DNA of 64,000 nucleotides from Vicinamibacterales bacterium (GCA_035492455.1 DATJJE010000021.1:104242-168241), one strand, 5' to 3'; positions 18,301 to 26,095 are shown, counted from the stretch's first letter. Notes: generated by a model from the sequence alone, not told the origin. Numbers and translations: made by a program.

Positions 18301-18741
18301 TCCCACAACTTCGGCGGTGATCACCTCCATCGCGCTGAGCAGGACGAACGCTTCTGGAACGCGGCGCGCGAGGTACTCGCAGATCAAGAGATCGCTGAGG
18401 TTCTTGCCGACAGCGCCGAGCGACGCGGCGGGATCCATCCCAGGCGGAAGCGCAGGAAGGGGATCGAGCTTGTCGTAGACGTTGACGGCATGACCGAGGA
18501 GCTCGCCAACCTGCGAGAGCTCGAACGGTCCCTCGGCCATCTTTTCGACCGTCGCCACTCCCGACGCAACCTCCGCGCCGGCGTCAAGGTACGCTGGCGG
18601 CAACCCGGTGACTTTCCAGCCGAGGCTGTACAGCAGCTGCTTGAAATGGTCCTCATTGGTGAAGCCGAGGCGCAGCGGCTCCAGTACCTGAAGCAGTTCC
18701 CTGGCGATGCTGACGATGGTGTCTTCGGCAGGGCTGCTCAT
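15313..18741 (-). CDS. large hypothetical protein with a hydrophobic Gly-rich core, giant operon gene 2 of 5 (1142 aa)
   Basis: The ATG at 18741 overlaps the upstream stop (ATGA at 18738-18741). The central region has hydrophobic, Gly-rich segments (GFSLLVIISVEFMPGIQLGMGFSLVGLGGLLGL at about 16925-17056; LVSVSLGVIIEIPGNIAIIGVLRLAL at about 16685-16765). A GGFHPRFSPP motif follows, and then alternating beta-like sequence. There is no signal peptide. Confidence 0.85.
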   Translation of the reverse strand: MSSPAEDTIVSIARELLQVLEPLRLGFTNEDHFKQLLYSLGWKVTGLPPAYLDAGAEVASGVATVEKMAEGPFELSQVGELLGHAVNVYDKLDPLPALPPGMDPAASLGAVGKNLSDLLICEYLARRVPEAFVLLSAMEVITAEVVGDTATQHGYVRQVFNWEEIPKLLQDPHLILQRVYGWGTDTLKMDLICQHLAGFLDALDFPVVVFRPPRDVFGAYAGTAGHNVYHRGARGLKWPFYYTAVAGTPVELSFQLLPLPAKDGLKPGLVIQPGVPSVIPFTFELSDDTSLEITAGSDIAQQFGVLIRPEGLTVKYPFMDASTVPSVTFGVAVNFAPDDPLIIFGAAGGVRLQMQGFRAGIAATGRIDDIEVTLTFELKDLAVVLAAGEGDGFLRTLLGEGETKVGIPLAIDWSSKHGLGFRGSINFEVALHPHLKLGPVEIPDLKLSLAVPADPDPKIRVEAGLTLNGDLGPLKVAVEEMGIGLYARFTKGNLGPMDLSVGFKPPKGVGLSIDAGAVRGGGYLFFDFEKEEYAGIVQLSILDTISITAIALITTKMPDGSKGFSLLVIISVEFMPGIQLGMGFSLVGLGGLLGLNRTMVLEALLIGVRTGTINSIMFPTGDIIANAPRIISDLRTIFPPYVGKFLIGPMAKIGWGTPTLVSVSLGVIIEIPGNIAIIGVLRLALPTPDDAILILQVVFAGAIEFDKQRLFFFAVIFESRILFITLEGEMGLLLKWGGDAVFVFTVGGFHPRFSPPALPFPSPARLSLCILNEENAMVRVETYFAVTSNTVQIGANAELRFGFDSFGISGHFGFDALFQFSPFHFVIEVNISLSLKVAGMSLLSVRVELSLEGPTPWHARGTGHISFFFFSISADFDVTWGESGGATLPPIALVPLLKAEFEKRENWTAALPAANNLLVSLRALDEEVDGLVLHPLGTLRVTQRLVPLGIPVDKLGTQKSSDARRFELVAGAGALERKADVRERFAIAQFQDMDDAAKLSRPSFEAVNGGLDLGVTGAPLATDHMARRIVRYEELLIDSEYKRHQRVRKVNPGLFAHDLKAGAVAKSTLSRAYRSQLDPFGADKVAVAGDAFLVASVDTNQPHESATTFGSEPEARDYMTRVVKDNPSAAGKLHVIPASEAA

Positions 18742-21389
18742 CGCTGCGGATAGATCGCGTCGTATTCGGGGTCGATGAAGAGATGGCGGCTCGGATCGAT
18801 GTCGTCAACGAGAATGTACCTGCACACGTGGCAGAACCGGACTCCAATCACTTTGAAAAGGCCGGCGTCCAGGTCGGCCACGAGCTCGGTCTGATGATTC
18901 ATCGCGCATGCGCCCGCCGCACGGAACACGCCACGGTCGTTGCCCATACCGCCTTCATATAGACCGACGATAAACGGCAGTAACACATCGGACAGCTCCG
19001 TCGGCAGAACCATGTCGTGAAAGTTCGGCACTGTCGGAGCGTGACCGTGGTGCGTCTGGCCGAGTGGCCCGTGAACCGTGATCAAGTCCTTGACGTTCTT
19101 CGCAACAAGTTCGGCGTACGGGTAGGTCGCGGCGTCGAAGGCGCCGGCCGGCGCCGGCGTCGGCTGATACACGATGGACCCGGACGGGAACGCCGCGATG
19201 ATGCCGGCCGGGAGCACGGTCTGTGCCGGCGGATACGGGAATGTCGCGGCGGCGTCGGCCCGCAGGCGGACGTTCTTTCTCGGCGGCGTTCCGGTCTCAA
19301 ACGTATCGACCAGCCGCAGCGGCACGCTGACGAGCGGGAGTTTGATCAGCGTGGCGCGCTGGTCGGGGAAATGAATGCCATCGTGATCGATGTCGCGGAA
19401 CGCGATGTCAATGTTGCGAAACCGCAGGTGCACGATCTGGCCGATCGGGAACGCGAACGCGTGCGACCACCGCACCTGCGCCTCGAACACATCCGCTGAC
19501 GGACTGGTGATCGGGCCGATGATCTCCGCCGCCCACTTGATGCGTGGCCAGCGCCATTTCAACTCGTCGCCGTGAACGACGCCCGCGCGCTCCAGCGATG
19601 ACGGCGACTGCAGATTCCCTTCTGTCTGGTTCGCGTTCTCTACGTCAACGGTGAACAGCGGCCGATCGTTCGTGCCGCCGTACTCGTCTCCGAGATCGAA
19701 CGAATGGCTTAACTCGTGAATGAACACGCCCTTCTCGCTCGGGGTGGCGACACCGCGAATGAGCGGCCTGTTCAGCGTGATGTCGTTAATCCCCGACAGC
19801 GTGCAGTCCACCGGATCGTCCGAGGACTGGGAGACCATGAAGTAGCCCTCGCTGTTTTGCTCGCGGCCCGGACCTGCGCTGACAATGCACACCAGGTCGT
19901 AGTTGCGCTTGCGCGGGTTCGTCCAGATGCTCGACAGATCGAGTGCGGACGTCGCGAAGTCTTCGTGACGGATCGCCGACATCAGCGCGTCCATGCGCGT
20001 GCGATCCATGCGATCGGGGTTGAGGTCGATCAGGTCGAAATTCGTATCAACCCGCGGCGCACCGCTCATGATGCCGAGCGGCGTGTCCAGGTCGTCGAGG
20101 ATGCGCCGCGTGCCCAGGTCCCGCCACGAGTCGATTAACTCGTTCAGCACATCGGCCTCAGTGGGAAGGTGCGCACGATAGCCGTTCGTGAACAGCGCAT
20201 CCCAGTCCGCCATGATCTGGTCCCGCGTACGAGCGGCGTTGGCTGGTCTGTCATTCGGCGTCGCGAGACCCACCTCGTAAATCAGGTTCTCCAGCACCCA
20301 CTTCTTGCTGGCCTCGAGGTCCTGCGGTCGTTCGGGCTTGGGCACGGGCGACGCAGCAGTAGACGAGCCCGTACCGCTCACGAACACCTCCGCCCCCCAG
20401 GTGGCGCCAGCCTGATCGGATTCGATGAACGCCGCCCAGAAGTTCGTGGCTTTCGCAAGCACGTCCCATGGCTTGTTGATCGGATCGGCGGTGAGGTACG
20501 CGACGAGATCCGTCACGTAGTTGAAGAACACTCCATCGGTGCCGTGCGGAAACCCGTCCGGGATGATCAGCACGTTCGGCACCGCGTCCAGGGCGAACGG
20601 AAATGTGCTCGGCCATCCGGCGCGCGGCACGATCCTGGCGTCGACCGGCGCGGCAGGTCCCCACTTCGCGATCGGACGCAGCGTCGCATTCGCGGCTGCA
20701 ACGGCCGGCATGCCCGTCAGCCGCGCTGTCACGGTCACATCCGCGAGGGCCACGTCTGCGGCCGCGACGGTGAGGCGCCCCGCGGCGCCGGCGTGCGTCG
20801 TCGCCGTCGTGCCGCGCTTCGACGCCCACGCCACAATCGGCCAGTCGGTGATGTCTCCGACCGTCTGGTCGTCGAAGCGGGCGCGGAGCGCGAATCTCGG
20901 CCGGATCATTTTGTCGGGCGGCGGGGCCGGTACCGGGAAGGGCTGTACCTTCATCGTCCCCGGCGTCAGCCAGATCGACGTCACGCTTCGATGCACGTGT
21001 ACTCGAATCAGTTCCTTGAACGGCGCCTGCGTTCCGCTGACGACATTCACTTCGATGAGGAAGTTCTGCGGGAAGCGCGCGGGAAGCGAGCCGGCCGCGA
21101 CGACGGTGACCTGTCCCGTCGTGTGATTGAGCGTGATCGCGGGCGCGAAACTGCGGACGCTCGCGCCTGGCGCGACCGACGCATCCGCGATCGTGAAGCT
21201 CAGGCTGGAGATATCTCCGGGATGCGTGTCCATGTGCGCCTTGATGAACGGGTACTCCGGATCGAGCGTGGCGTTCCGGCGCTGCACGCGGAGGTGGGCG
21301 ATGCGAAGGTCCGGCGACGTCGTGCCGGCGAGCACGTGGATCTCCGCGCTGCGCTTTTCCCAGTCCCAGTAGATGGCTTCGATCGGCAT
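18738..21389 (-). CDS. M64-like zinc metallopeptidase-domain protein with a beta-rich N-terminal region, giant operon gene 1 of 5 (about 883 aa)
   Basis: The likely start is ATG 21389 (MPIEAIYWDW), preceded by GAGAGTGG. The track start at 21461 adds 24 unlikely residues. The HELSHSFDLGDEYGG motif lies at 19674-19718. Upstream is NVLIIPDGFPHGTDGVFFNYV...NFWAAFIESDQAG, and far downstream is YEGGMGNDRGVFRAAGACAMN. Together these match the pattern I recall for Peptidase_M64 (IgA-peptidase family: DGY..., HEFGHSF..L.DEY, ...C.M). Confidence 0.8.
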   Translation of the reverse strand: MPIEAIYWDWEKRSAEIHVLAGTTSPDLRIAHLRVQRRNATLDPEYPFIKAHMDTHPGDISSLSFTIADASVAPGASVRSFAPAITLNHTTGQVTVVAAGSLPARFPQNFLIEVNVVSGTQAPFKELIRVHVHRSVTSIWLTPGTMKVQPFPVPAPPPDKMIRPRFALRARFDDQTVGDITDWPIVAWASKRGTTATTHAGAAGRLTVAAADVALADVTVTARLTGMPAVAAANATLRPIAKWGPAAPVDARIVPRAGWPSTFPFALDAVPNVLIIPDGFPHGTDGVFFNYVTDLVAYLTADPINKPWDVLAKATNFWAAFIESDQAGATWGAEVFVSGTGSSTAASPVPKPERPQDLEASKKWVLENLIYEVGLATPNDRPANAARTRDQIMADWDALFTNGYRAHLPTEADVLNELIDSWRDLGTRRILDDLDTPLGIMSGAPRVDTNFDLIDLNPDRMDRTRMDALMSAIRHEDFATSALDLSSIWTNPRKRNYDLVCIVSAGPGREQNSEGYFMVSQSSDDPVDCTLSGINDITLNRPLIRGVATPSEKGVFIHELSHSFDLGDEYGGTNDRPLFTVDVENANQTEGNLQSPSSLERAGVVHGDELKWRWPRIKWAAEIIGPITSPSADVFEAQVRWSHAFAFPIGQIVHLRFRNIDIAFRDIDHDGIHFPDQRATLIKLPLVSVPLRLVDTFETGTPPRKNVRLRADAAATFPYPPAQTVLPAGIIAAFPSGSIVYQPTPAPAGAFDAATYPYAELVAKNVKDLITVHGPLGQTHHGHAPTVPNFHDMVLPTELSDVLLPFIVGLYEGGMGNDRGVFRAAGACAMNHQTELVADLDAGLFKVIGVRFCHVCRYILVDDIDPSRHLFIDPEYDAIYPQR

Positions 21390-21805
21390 CGTCCACTCTC
21401 GACTGATCGAAATCGGCCGGCGTTGTGAGGAGCGCCAGATTACTCGATGAGACACGCACACGTACGGGCGGCTTTCCCACTTTTTTGCGTCAGTCCGGCG
21501 GAGCCGTGTTGTTCGTTATGAAAAATCACTAAGCTGGCGCGATTTTTCGACGGGTCGATCGATCTGTGGCGGGGAGGAACGCGTATGGTCAGCTTCATTC
21601 ACTGTGCACGTATGCTGCTCGTGACGTCGTTGGCCGTGGCGACCACCACATATCAACGGGCATCCGCCGCAGATAAGTATCAATGCGGAGATCGCGAGCT
21701 AACCTCAGCCGAGACCGCTGACGTCATTTCGATCGCCGTCATCTCAGGCGACGGCAGATTGACCCGAACAAGCCGGACCGGTTGTCCAGCAGCACGCAAG
21801 AGCAG

Positions 21806-22010
21806 GAGCGCGAGCCGTTCTTCCGCGAGATGGTTCGACGCTACGCAATCATCAAGTGGGTCGGCATCGGCGTCATCACCGTCACCGGCGTGGCGCAATG
21901 GCTGTATCTGTGCAGACAAATCGCGGCTTCTGGTCCGCCATGAACATCGCCGCGGCCTCACCGTTCTACTCGGTGCCGCGTTGATGCGAACCGTCGTCAA
22001 GCTTCGATAG
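21806..22010 (+). pseudogene. decayed membrane-protein gene fragment (multiple frameshifts)
   Basis: Three successive frames read EREPFFREMVRRYAIIKWVGIGVITVTGVAQWLYL.. stop, then FWSAMNIAAASPFY.. stop, then LTVLLGAALMRTVVKLR stop. These are TM-helix-like pieces without an intact ORF. The local GC content is visibly lower than in neighbouring genes. Confidence 0.3.
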
Positions 22011-22024
22011 AACCAATCGCCGGC

Positions 22025-22053
22025 TTGACAGCGGGGATACTACGGCCGAGAAT
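22025..22053 (+). promoter_or_regulatory. sigma70-like promoter candidate for the MFS transporter gene
   Basis: TTGACA (22025-22030), a 17-nt spacer, then GAGAAT (22048-22053). GAGGAGGA (22063-22070) and ATG 22074 follow. Confidence 0.4.
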
Positions 22054-22073
22054 CCTCCGCCCGAGGAGGACGC

Positions 22074-23303
22074 ATGAAACGGTGGTTGCCGATTGTCGGT
22101 GGTATCTCGCTGAACCTGGCGCTCGGATCGCTTTACGCCTGGAGCGTCTTCGTGCTGCCGCTCGAGAAGGAGTTCGGCTGGAACCGCGCGCAAACGTCGT
22201 GGGTCTACACCATCGCCATCGTCTGCTTCGCCGCGACGTTCATCATCGCGGGCAAGCTGCAGGACGCGAGAGGCCCGCGCATTTGCGCGTTCCTCGGCGC
22301 GCTGCTCGTCGGCGGCGGCTTCGCGCTGTCGAGCCTCACGACCTCTGTCACGTTTCTCTATATCGCCTTCGGCGTGATCGTCGGCATCGGCAACGGGTTC
22401 GGGTACTCGGCGCCGACGCCCGTCGCATCGAAATGGTTCCCCGACAAACGCGGACTGGCGGTGGGTTTGATGGTTGGCGGGTATGGCGCAGGGTCCGCAA
22501 TCATCGGCCCGTTGGCGACGAAGCTGATCCTCGCCTACGGATGGCGCGCAACGTTCCAGATTCTCGGCGCCACATTTTTCGTCATGGGGGTGATTGGCAC
22601 AGCACTGTTGAAGAACCCGCCCGCAGGTTACAAAGCGCCTGCGGCGGCGCCGTCCGCCGCGGCGAGGACGCGCGGGTCGCTCGACATGCGCACGCGCGAC
22701 ATGATGGCGACGCCGACATTCGTCGCGCTGTGGATTGCCTACTGTCTGGGTACGACCGCTGGTCAGATGATGATCAGCCAGCTCGTGCCGTTCATGCGCT
22801 CCGTCGGCCTCACGCCTGAAGCCGCAGCGTTCGCCATCACCATCGCCGCGTTCGGCAATGCCGGCGGTCGCATCCTCTCGGGCGCGCTCTCCGATTCGCT
22901 CGGCCGCCTGACGACGCTGAAAGTGATGGTGGTCGGATCGCTGCTGGTGATGTCAGCGCTTGGGATGGGCATCAGTCAGATTTTCGCGCTCTATGCGCTC
23001 GTCGCCGCCGGCTACTGGTGCTATGGCACGCAGCTATCCGTGTTCGCATCGACCACCGCCGACTTCTACGGCACGCGCTTCCTCGGCATGAACTACGGCG
23101 CACTCTTCACCGCCTGGGGTGTGGCGGGCATCGTCGGTCCCTTCATCGCGGCGCGTGTATATCAGGCGACCGGATCGTATTCCTATGCGTTCTACGGCGC
23201 GGCGGGCCTTGCTTTCATCGCCTTCATCTCGCTCTCGTTTGCACGACCGCCGCTGGCGACGCCAGCCTCGACGCTCGAGCCCGCGACGACAGGGCGCGCG
23301 TGA
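22074..23303 (+). CDS. MFS transporter, oxalate/formate antiporter (OFA)-like
   Basis: 409 aa, multi-TM. The N-terminus (WLPIVGGISLNLALGSLYAWSVFVLPLEKEFGWNRAQTSWVYTI) is typical of the OFA subfamily of MFS. A strong RBS is present. Confidence 0.8.
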   Translation: MKRWLPIVGGISLNLALGSLYAWSVFVLPLEKEFGWNRAQTSWVYTIAIVCFAATFIIAGKLQDARGPRICAFLGALLVGGGFALSSLTTSVTFLYIAFGVIVGIGNGFGYSAPTPVASKWFPDKRGLAVGLMVGGYGAGSAIIGPLATKLILAYGWRATFQILGATFFVMGVIGTALLKNPPAGYKAPAAAPSAAARTRGSLDMRTRDMMATPTFVALWIAYCLGTTAGQMMISQLVPFMRSVGLTPEAAAFAITIAAFGNAGGRILSGALSDSLGRLTTLKVMVVGSLLVMSALGMGISQIFALYALVAAGYWCYGTQLSVFASTTADFYGTRFLGMNYGALFTAWGVAGIVGPFIAARVYQATGSYSYAFYGAAGLAFIAFISLSFARPPLATPASTLEPATTGRA

Positions 23304-23387
23304 CGCGAATCAATCGACGCCTATTGATTGAGTCCATCGGCGCGGTTATAACGGTTATTCACACATCCACGAGGAGGTTTGTGCGTG

Positions 23388-23993
23388 ATGTGTCCGCGCC
23401 CGTCATCGAGCTCGGCTGTTCTGCTGTCGGCACTGCTTGCGTTCATCGCTTCGCCGGTCGCGGCCGAGACGCCCAATCCCGTAACACCGTCCGGTGAGAC
23501 CGGAAGCCTGGTCGGCTTCACCGTCTTTGCCCGCGCACTGCTCCCGATCAAACGTGAAGGTCGGTTTACCGATTTTGCAGGTCAACTGTCGTATGACCCG
23601 TCGCGTCCCGCCGACACACACGTGGACATTACGGTCTATACGTCGAGTGTGGACGTGCACGATTCCGAACAGAATGCGCTCCTGCGATCCGACAAGTTCT
23701 TCGACGTCGATCGCTATCCGACGATGCACTTCGCGAGCGTCGATGCGACGCTGCAGCGTGACGGGACCCTGGCGCTATCCGGCGATCTGACGATTCGTGG
23801 CATTACGAAGCGCATCCTGACACCTGTCCGCCTGCACGCCGCTGGAGCGAAGTCGTTCCTCGAAACGACTTTTCAGATCGATCGGACCGACTTCGGTATC
23901 AACGGAATACCAGGGTTCGGAGGGCCCGTGGTTTCGATTGCGAAGAAAGTGCAGATCCACATCGCGATCGCCACCGGCATAGCACCGCGTTGA
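23388..23993 (+). CDS. YceI-like periplasmic polyisoprenoid-binding family protein
   Basis: Signal peptide (SSSAVLLSALLAFIASPVAAE). YceI-type motifs are present: FFDVDRYPTMHFAS, GDLTIRGITK, FQIDRTDFGI. The track start is TTG 23379, but ATG 23388 or GTG 23385 sit better behind the RBS GAGGAGG (23371-23377). Confidence 0.8.
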   Translation: MCPRPSSSSAVLLSALLAFIASPVAAETPNPVTPSGETGSLVGFTVFARALLPIKREGRFTDFAGQLSYDPSRPADTHVDITVYTSSVDVHDSEQNALLRSDKFFDVDRYPTMHFASVDATLQRDGTLALSGDLTIRGITKRILTPVRLHAAGAKSFLETTFQIDRTDFGINGIPGFGGPVVSIAKKVQIHIAIATGIAPR

Positions 23994-24047
23994 TGCGTTA
24001 GCGCTCGAACGACTTCGCTTCACCCGCGTGGCACAATCAGCAGGACG

Positions 24048-25508
24048 ATGGCGAGTCCTCGCGTTCGCTTCGCGCCTTCTCCAACCGGTTATCTCCACGT
24101 GGGCGGTGCACGCACCGCGCTCTTTAACTGGCTGTTCGCGCGTCGTCATAGCGGCACGTTCATCCTTCGCATCGAAGATACCGACGCCGAGCGCTCATCG
24201 GCCGAAATGGTCACTGGCATCCTCGACGGCATGGGATGGCTGGGCCTCGACTGGGATGAGGGGCCGGGCATCGGCGGTCCGCACGAACCGTACTTTCAAT
24301 CGCAGCGTTACGACCGTCATCGTGCCGCGGCGGCGCAGCTCGTCGCCCAGGGACGCGCGTACTACTGCTATTGCTCCGCCGATCGCTTGCGCGAAGAACG
24401 TGAGAAAGCCGAAGCGCGCGGAGAAGCATGGCAGTACGACCGACGCTGCCTGACACTGTCGCCCGAACAGATTGCCGCAAACGAAGCCGCGAAGCTGACG
24501 CGCGCCATTCGCTTCAAAGTGCCCGAAGGAAAGACCGTCTTTGACGATGTGGTGCACGGGCCGATCGAGTTCGATGGGGCATACATCGAAGACTTCGTCA
24601 TCGTGCGCTCGGACGGCCATCCGATCTATCACCTGTCTGTCGTCGTCGACGACATCGACATGGCGATCACGCACATCGTCCGTGGCGACGATCACATTTC
24701 CAACACGCCGAAGCACGTGCTGCTGTTTCGCGCGCTCGGCGCGCCGCTGCCGGTCTTCGCGCACGTGCCGCTGATTCTTGGCGCCGACAGGAAACGGCTC
24801 AGCAAGCGGCATGGCGCCACCTCGGTGACCGAGTACGCCCGCCAGGGCTACCTGCCGGATGCGCTCGTCAATTTTCTCGCGCTGCTTGGATGGTCGCCTG
24901 GTGATGACCGGGAAGTGATGTCACGGCGGGAGCTGATGGATGCGTTCACGCTCGAAGGCATTACCGGCAGCAACGCGGTGTTCGATGTCGCCAAGCTCGA
25001 ATGGATGAATGGCCAGTACATCGCACGTATGCCGATCGAACAGCTCGCCGCCGCGGTCCTGCCGCTGCTGGTTGAACAGCATCTGTGGCCGGCACACGCG
25101 CCGCCAAACGAATGGCTGCGGCGGCTGCTCGAATTGCTTCGCCCGCGTGCGAAGCGGATGATCGACTTCGTCGAACAGGCCCGGCCGTTTCTCGCGGAAA
25201 CGGTTGAGTACGACGAAGAGGCCCGCAAGAAACACCTCGCGGTGCCGCGGCTTACCGATCATGTGCGCGCACTGGTGCACGCACTGCGCGAAGTGATGCC
25301 CTTTGACGAGCAACATGTGGAAGCTGCGGTGCGACGAACAGCGGAACAGCAGGACATTAAAGCGGCACCTCTTATCCACGCCACGCGTGTGGCGGTCACT
25401 GGACGAACGGCCAGTCCGGGTATTTTCGAGGTCCTCGTGCTCCTCGGACGTGAACGCACGGTAGCGCGGCTCGAGGATTTCGCCTCCTATCTGTCGGCGC
25501 GGAACTAG
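24048..25508 (+). CDS. gltX: glutamate--tRNA ligase
   Basis: Class I synthetase signatures are present: RFAPSPTGYLHVGGARTALFNW (HIGH-type) and KRLSKRHG (KMSKS-type). Length (486 aa) and overall sequence are GluRS-like. Confidence 0.95.
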   Translation: MASPRVRFAPSPTGYLHVGGARTALFNWLFARRHSGTFILRIEDTDAERSSAEMVTGILDGMGWLGLDWDEGPGIGGPHEPYFQSQRYDRHRAAAAQLVAQGRAYYCYCSADRLREEREKAEARGEAWQYDRRCLTLSPEQIAANEAAKLTRAIRFKVPEGKTVFDDVVHGPIEFDGAYIEDFVIVRSDGHPIYHLSVVVDDIDMAITHIVRGDDHISNTPKHVLLFRALGAPLPVFAHVPLILGADRKRLSKRHGATSVTEYARQGYLPDALVNFLALLGWSPGDDREVMSRRELMDAFTLEGITGSNAVFDVAKLEWMNGQYIARMPIEQLAAAVLPLLVEQHLWPAHAPPNEWLRRLLELLRPRAKRMIDFVEQARPFLAETVEYDEEARKKHLAVPRLTDHVRALVHALREVMPFDEQHVEAAVRRTAEQQDIKAAPLIHATRVAVTGRTASPGIFEVLVLLGRERTVARLEDFASYLSARN

Positions 25509-25547
25509 CAAATTTCCTCAGAGATTCGCGTCATTTGCGCGTCGCCG

Positions 25548-25579
25548 CCGCCGTCCGCGCGGCCGGCGGAAAAGTTTTT
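25548..25579 (+). terminator. weak terminator-like hairpin after gltX
   Basis: The GC stem CCGCCG(T)CC / GG(C)CGGCGG has a 4-nt loop and is followed by AAAAGTTTTT. The T-run is displaced 5 nt from the stem, so the call is weak. Confidence 0.3.
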
Positions 25580-25785
25580 CCTCCGCCCATGTGGGTAGAT
25601 AAGTTCCTTTTACTGCTGAGAGTTACCGGAATTACCACTTCAGCCGTGGCACCCCCGTTGCAGCCCCACAGCGCGAACGCGGAGGCCCGCTAGTCGGATG
25701 CTTGGTCCCGCACGTGACATGAGTCAACCGACTCGGCGCGAGCGGGGAGGCAAACAGCGGGCGATGTGAGTGGCAGGAGGTCAGT

Positions 25786-26064
25786 GTGGCTAAAGAGGAT
25801 CGCGGATTCGCTTCGATGGACCGCGCGAAGCAGCGCGAAATTGCCAGTAAGGGCGGCAAAGCTGCCCATCAGAAGGGCACGGCCCACGAGTGGACCAGCG
25901 AGGAAGCGCGAGAGGCCGGACGCAAGGGCGGAATGGCGAGTCATCGCCGCCGCAGTCAGCTCACGGGCAGCGAAACAAGCGGCTCGAGCGACGACACGCA
26001 GAACATGGCGTCATCGTCCGAGAACATGTCGCGCGACGACAGCTCGAACGAGCAGATCCGGTAG
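25786..26064 (+). CDS. KGG-repeat general stress protein (YciG-like)
   Basis: 92 aa with a GTG start behind AGGAGG. It has repeated KGG motifs (ASKGGKAAHQKG, GRKGGMASH) and an acidic Ser-rich tail. Confidence 0.8.
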   Translation: MAKEDRGFASMDRAKQREIASKGGKAAHQKGTAHEWTSEEAREAGRKGGMASHRRRSQLTGSETSGSSDDTQNMASSSENMSRDDSSNEQIR

Positions 26065-26095
26065 CTCGTTTATCCTCGCGGCACTTTCATTTCCA

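Noticed and set aside
4551-21389. Assigning the giant operon to Tc toxins, contractile injection systems, T6SS or a known phage-defence system
   Set aside because: I could not recognise any hallmark sequences (sheath, tube, baseplate, VgrG/PAAR, RHS/YD repeats, TcA-like motifs, Walker ATPases, nucleases). Naming a system would be a guess.
4425-21600. Idea that the giant operon is a tRNA-Ser-integrated genomic island
   Set aside because: The operon lies on the 5' side of the tRNA, not at its 3' end. I found no integrase, no direct repeat of the tRNA 3' half, and no obvious compositional break apart from the upstream gap. It cannot be excluded without comparative genomes.
21585-22010. 141-aa ORF in the gap upstream of the giant operon
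   Set aside because: It has no RBS and a Ser/Ala/Arg-rich translation. Only its last 17 codons coincide with a TM-like fragment. It is better explained as gene debris (see the pseudogene call).
23308-23360. AT-rich inverted repeat AATCAAT-n8-ATTGATT and tandem GGTTAT-AAC-GGTTAT upstream of the YceI-like gene
   Set aside because: The elements are short and degenerate, could arise by chance, and no associated regulator gene is adjacent. Noted only as a possible operator.
25509-25785. 277-nt non-coding stretch before the KGG stress gene, examined for a riboswitch or sRNA
   Set aside because: I could recognise no conserved RNA motif or convincing extended structure. It probably just holds the promoter.
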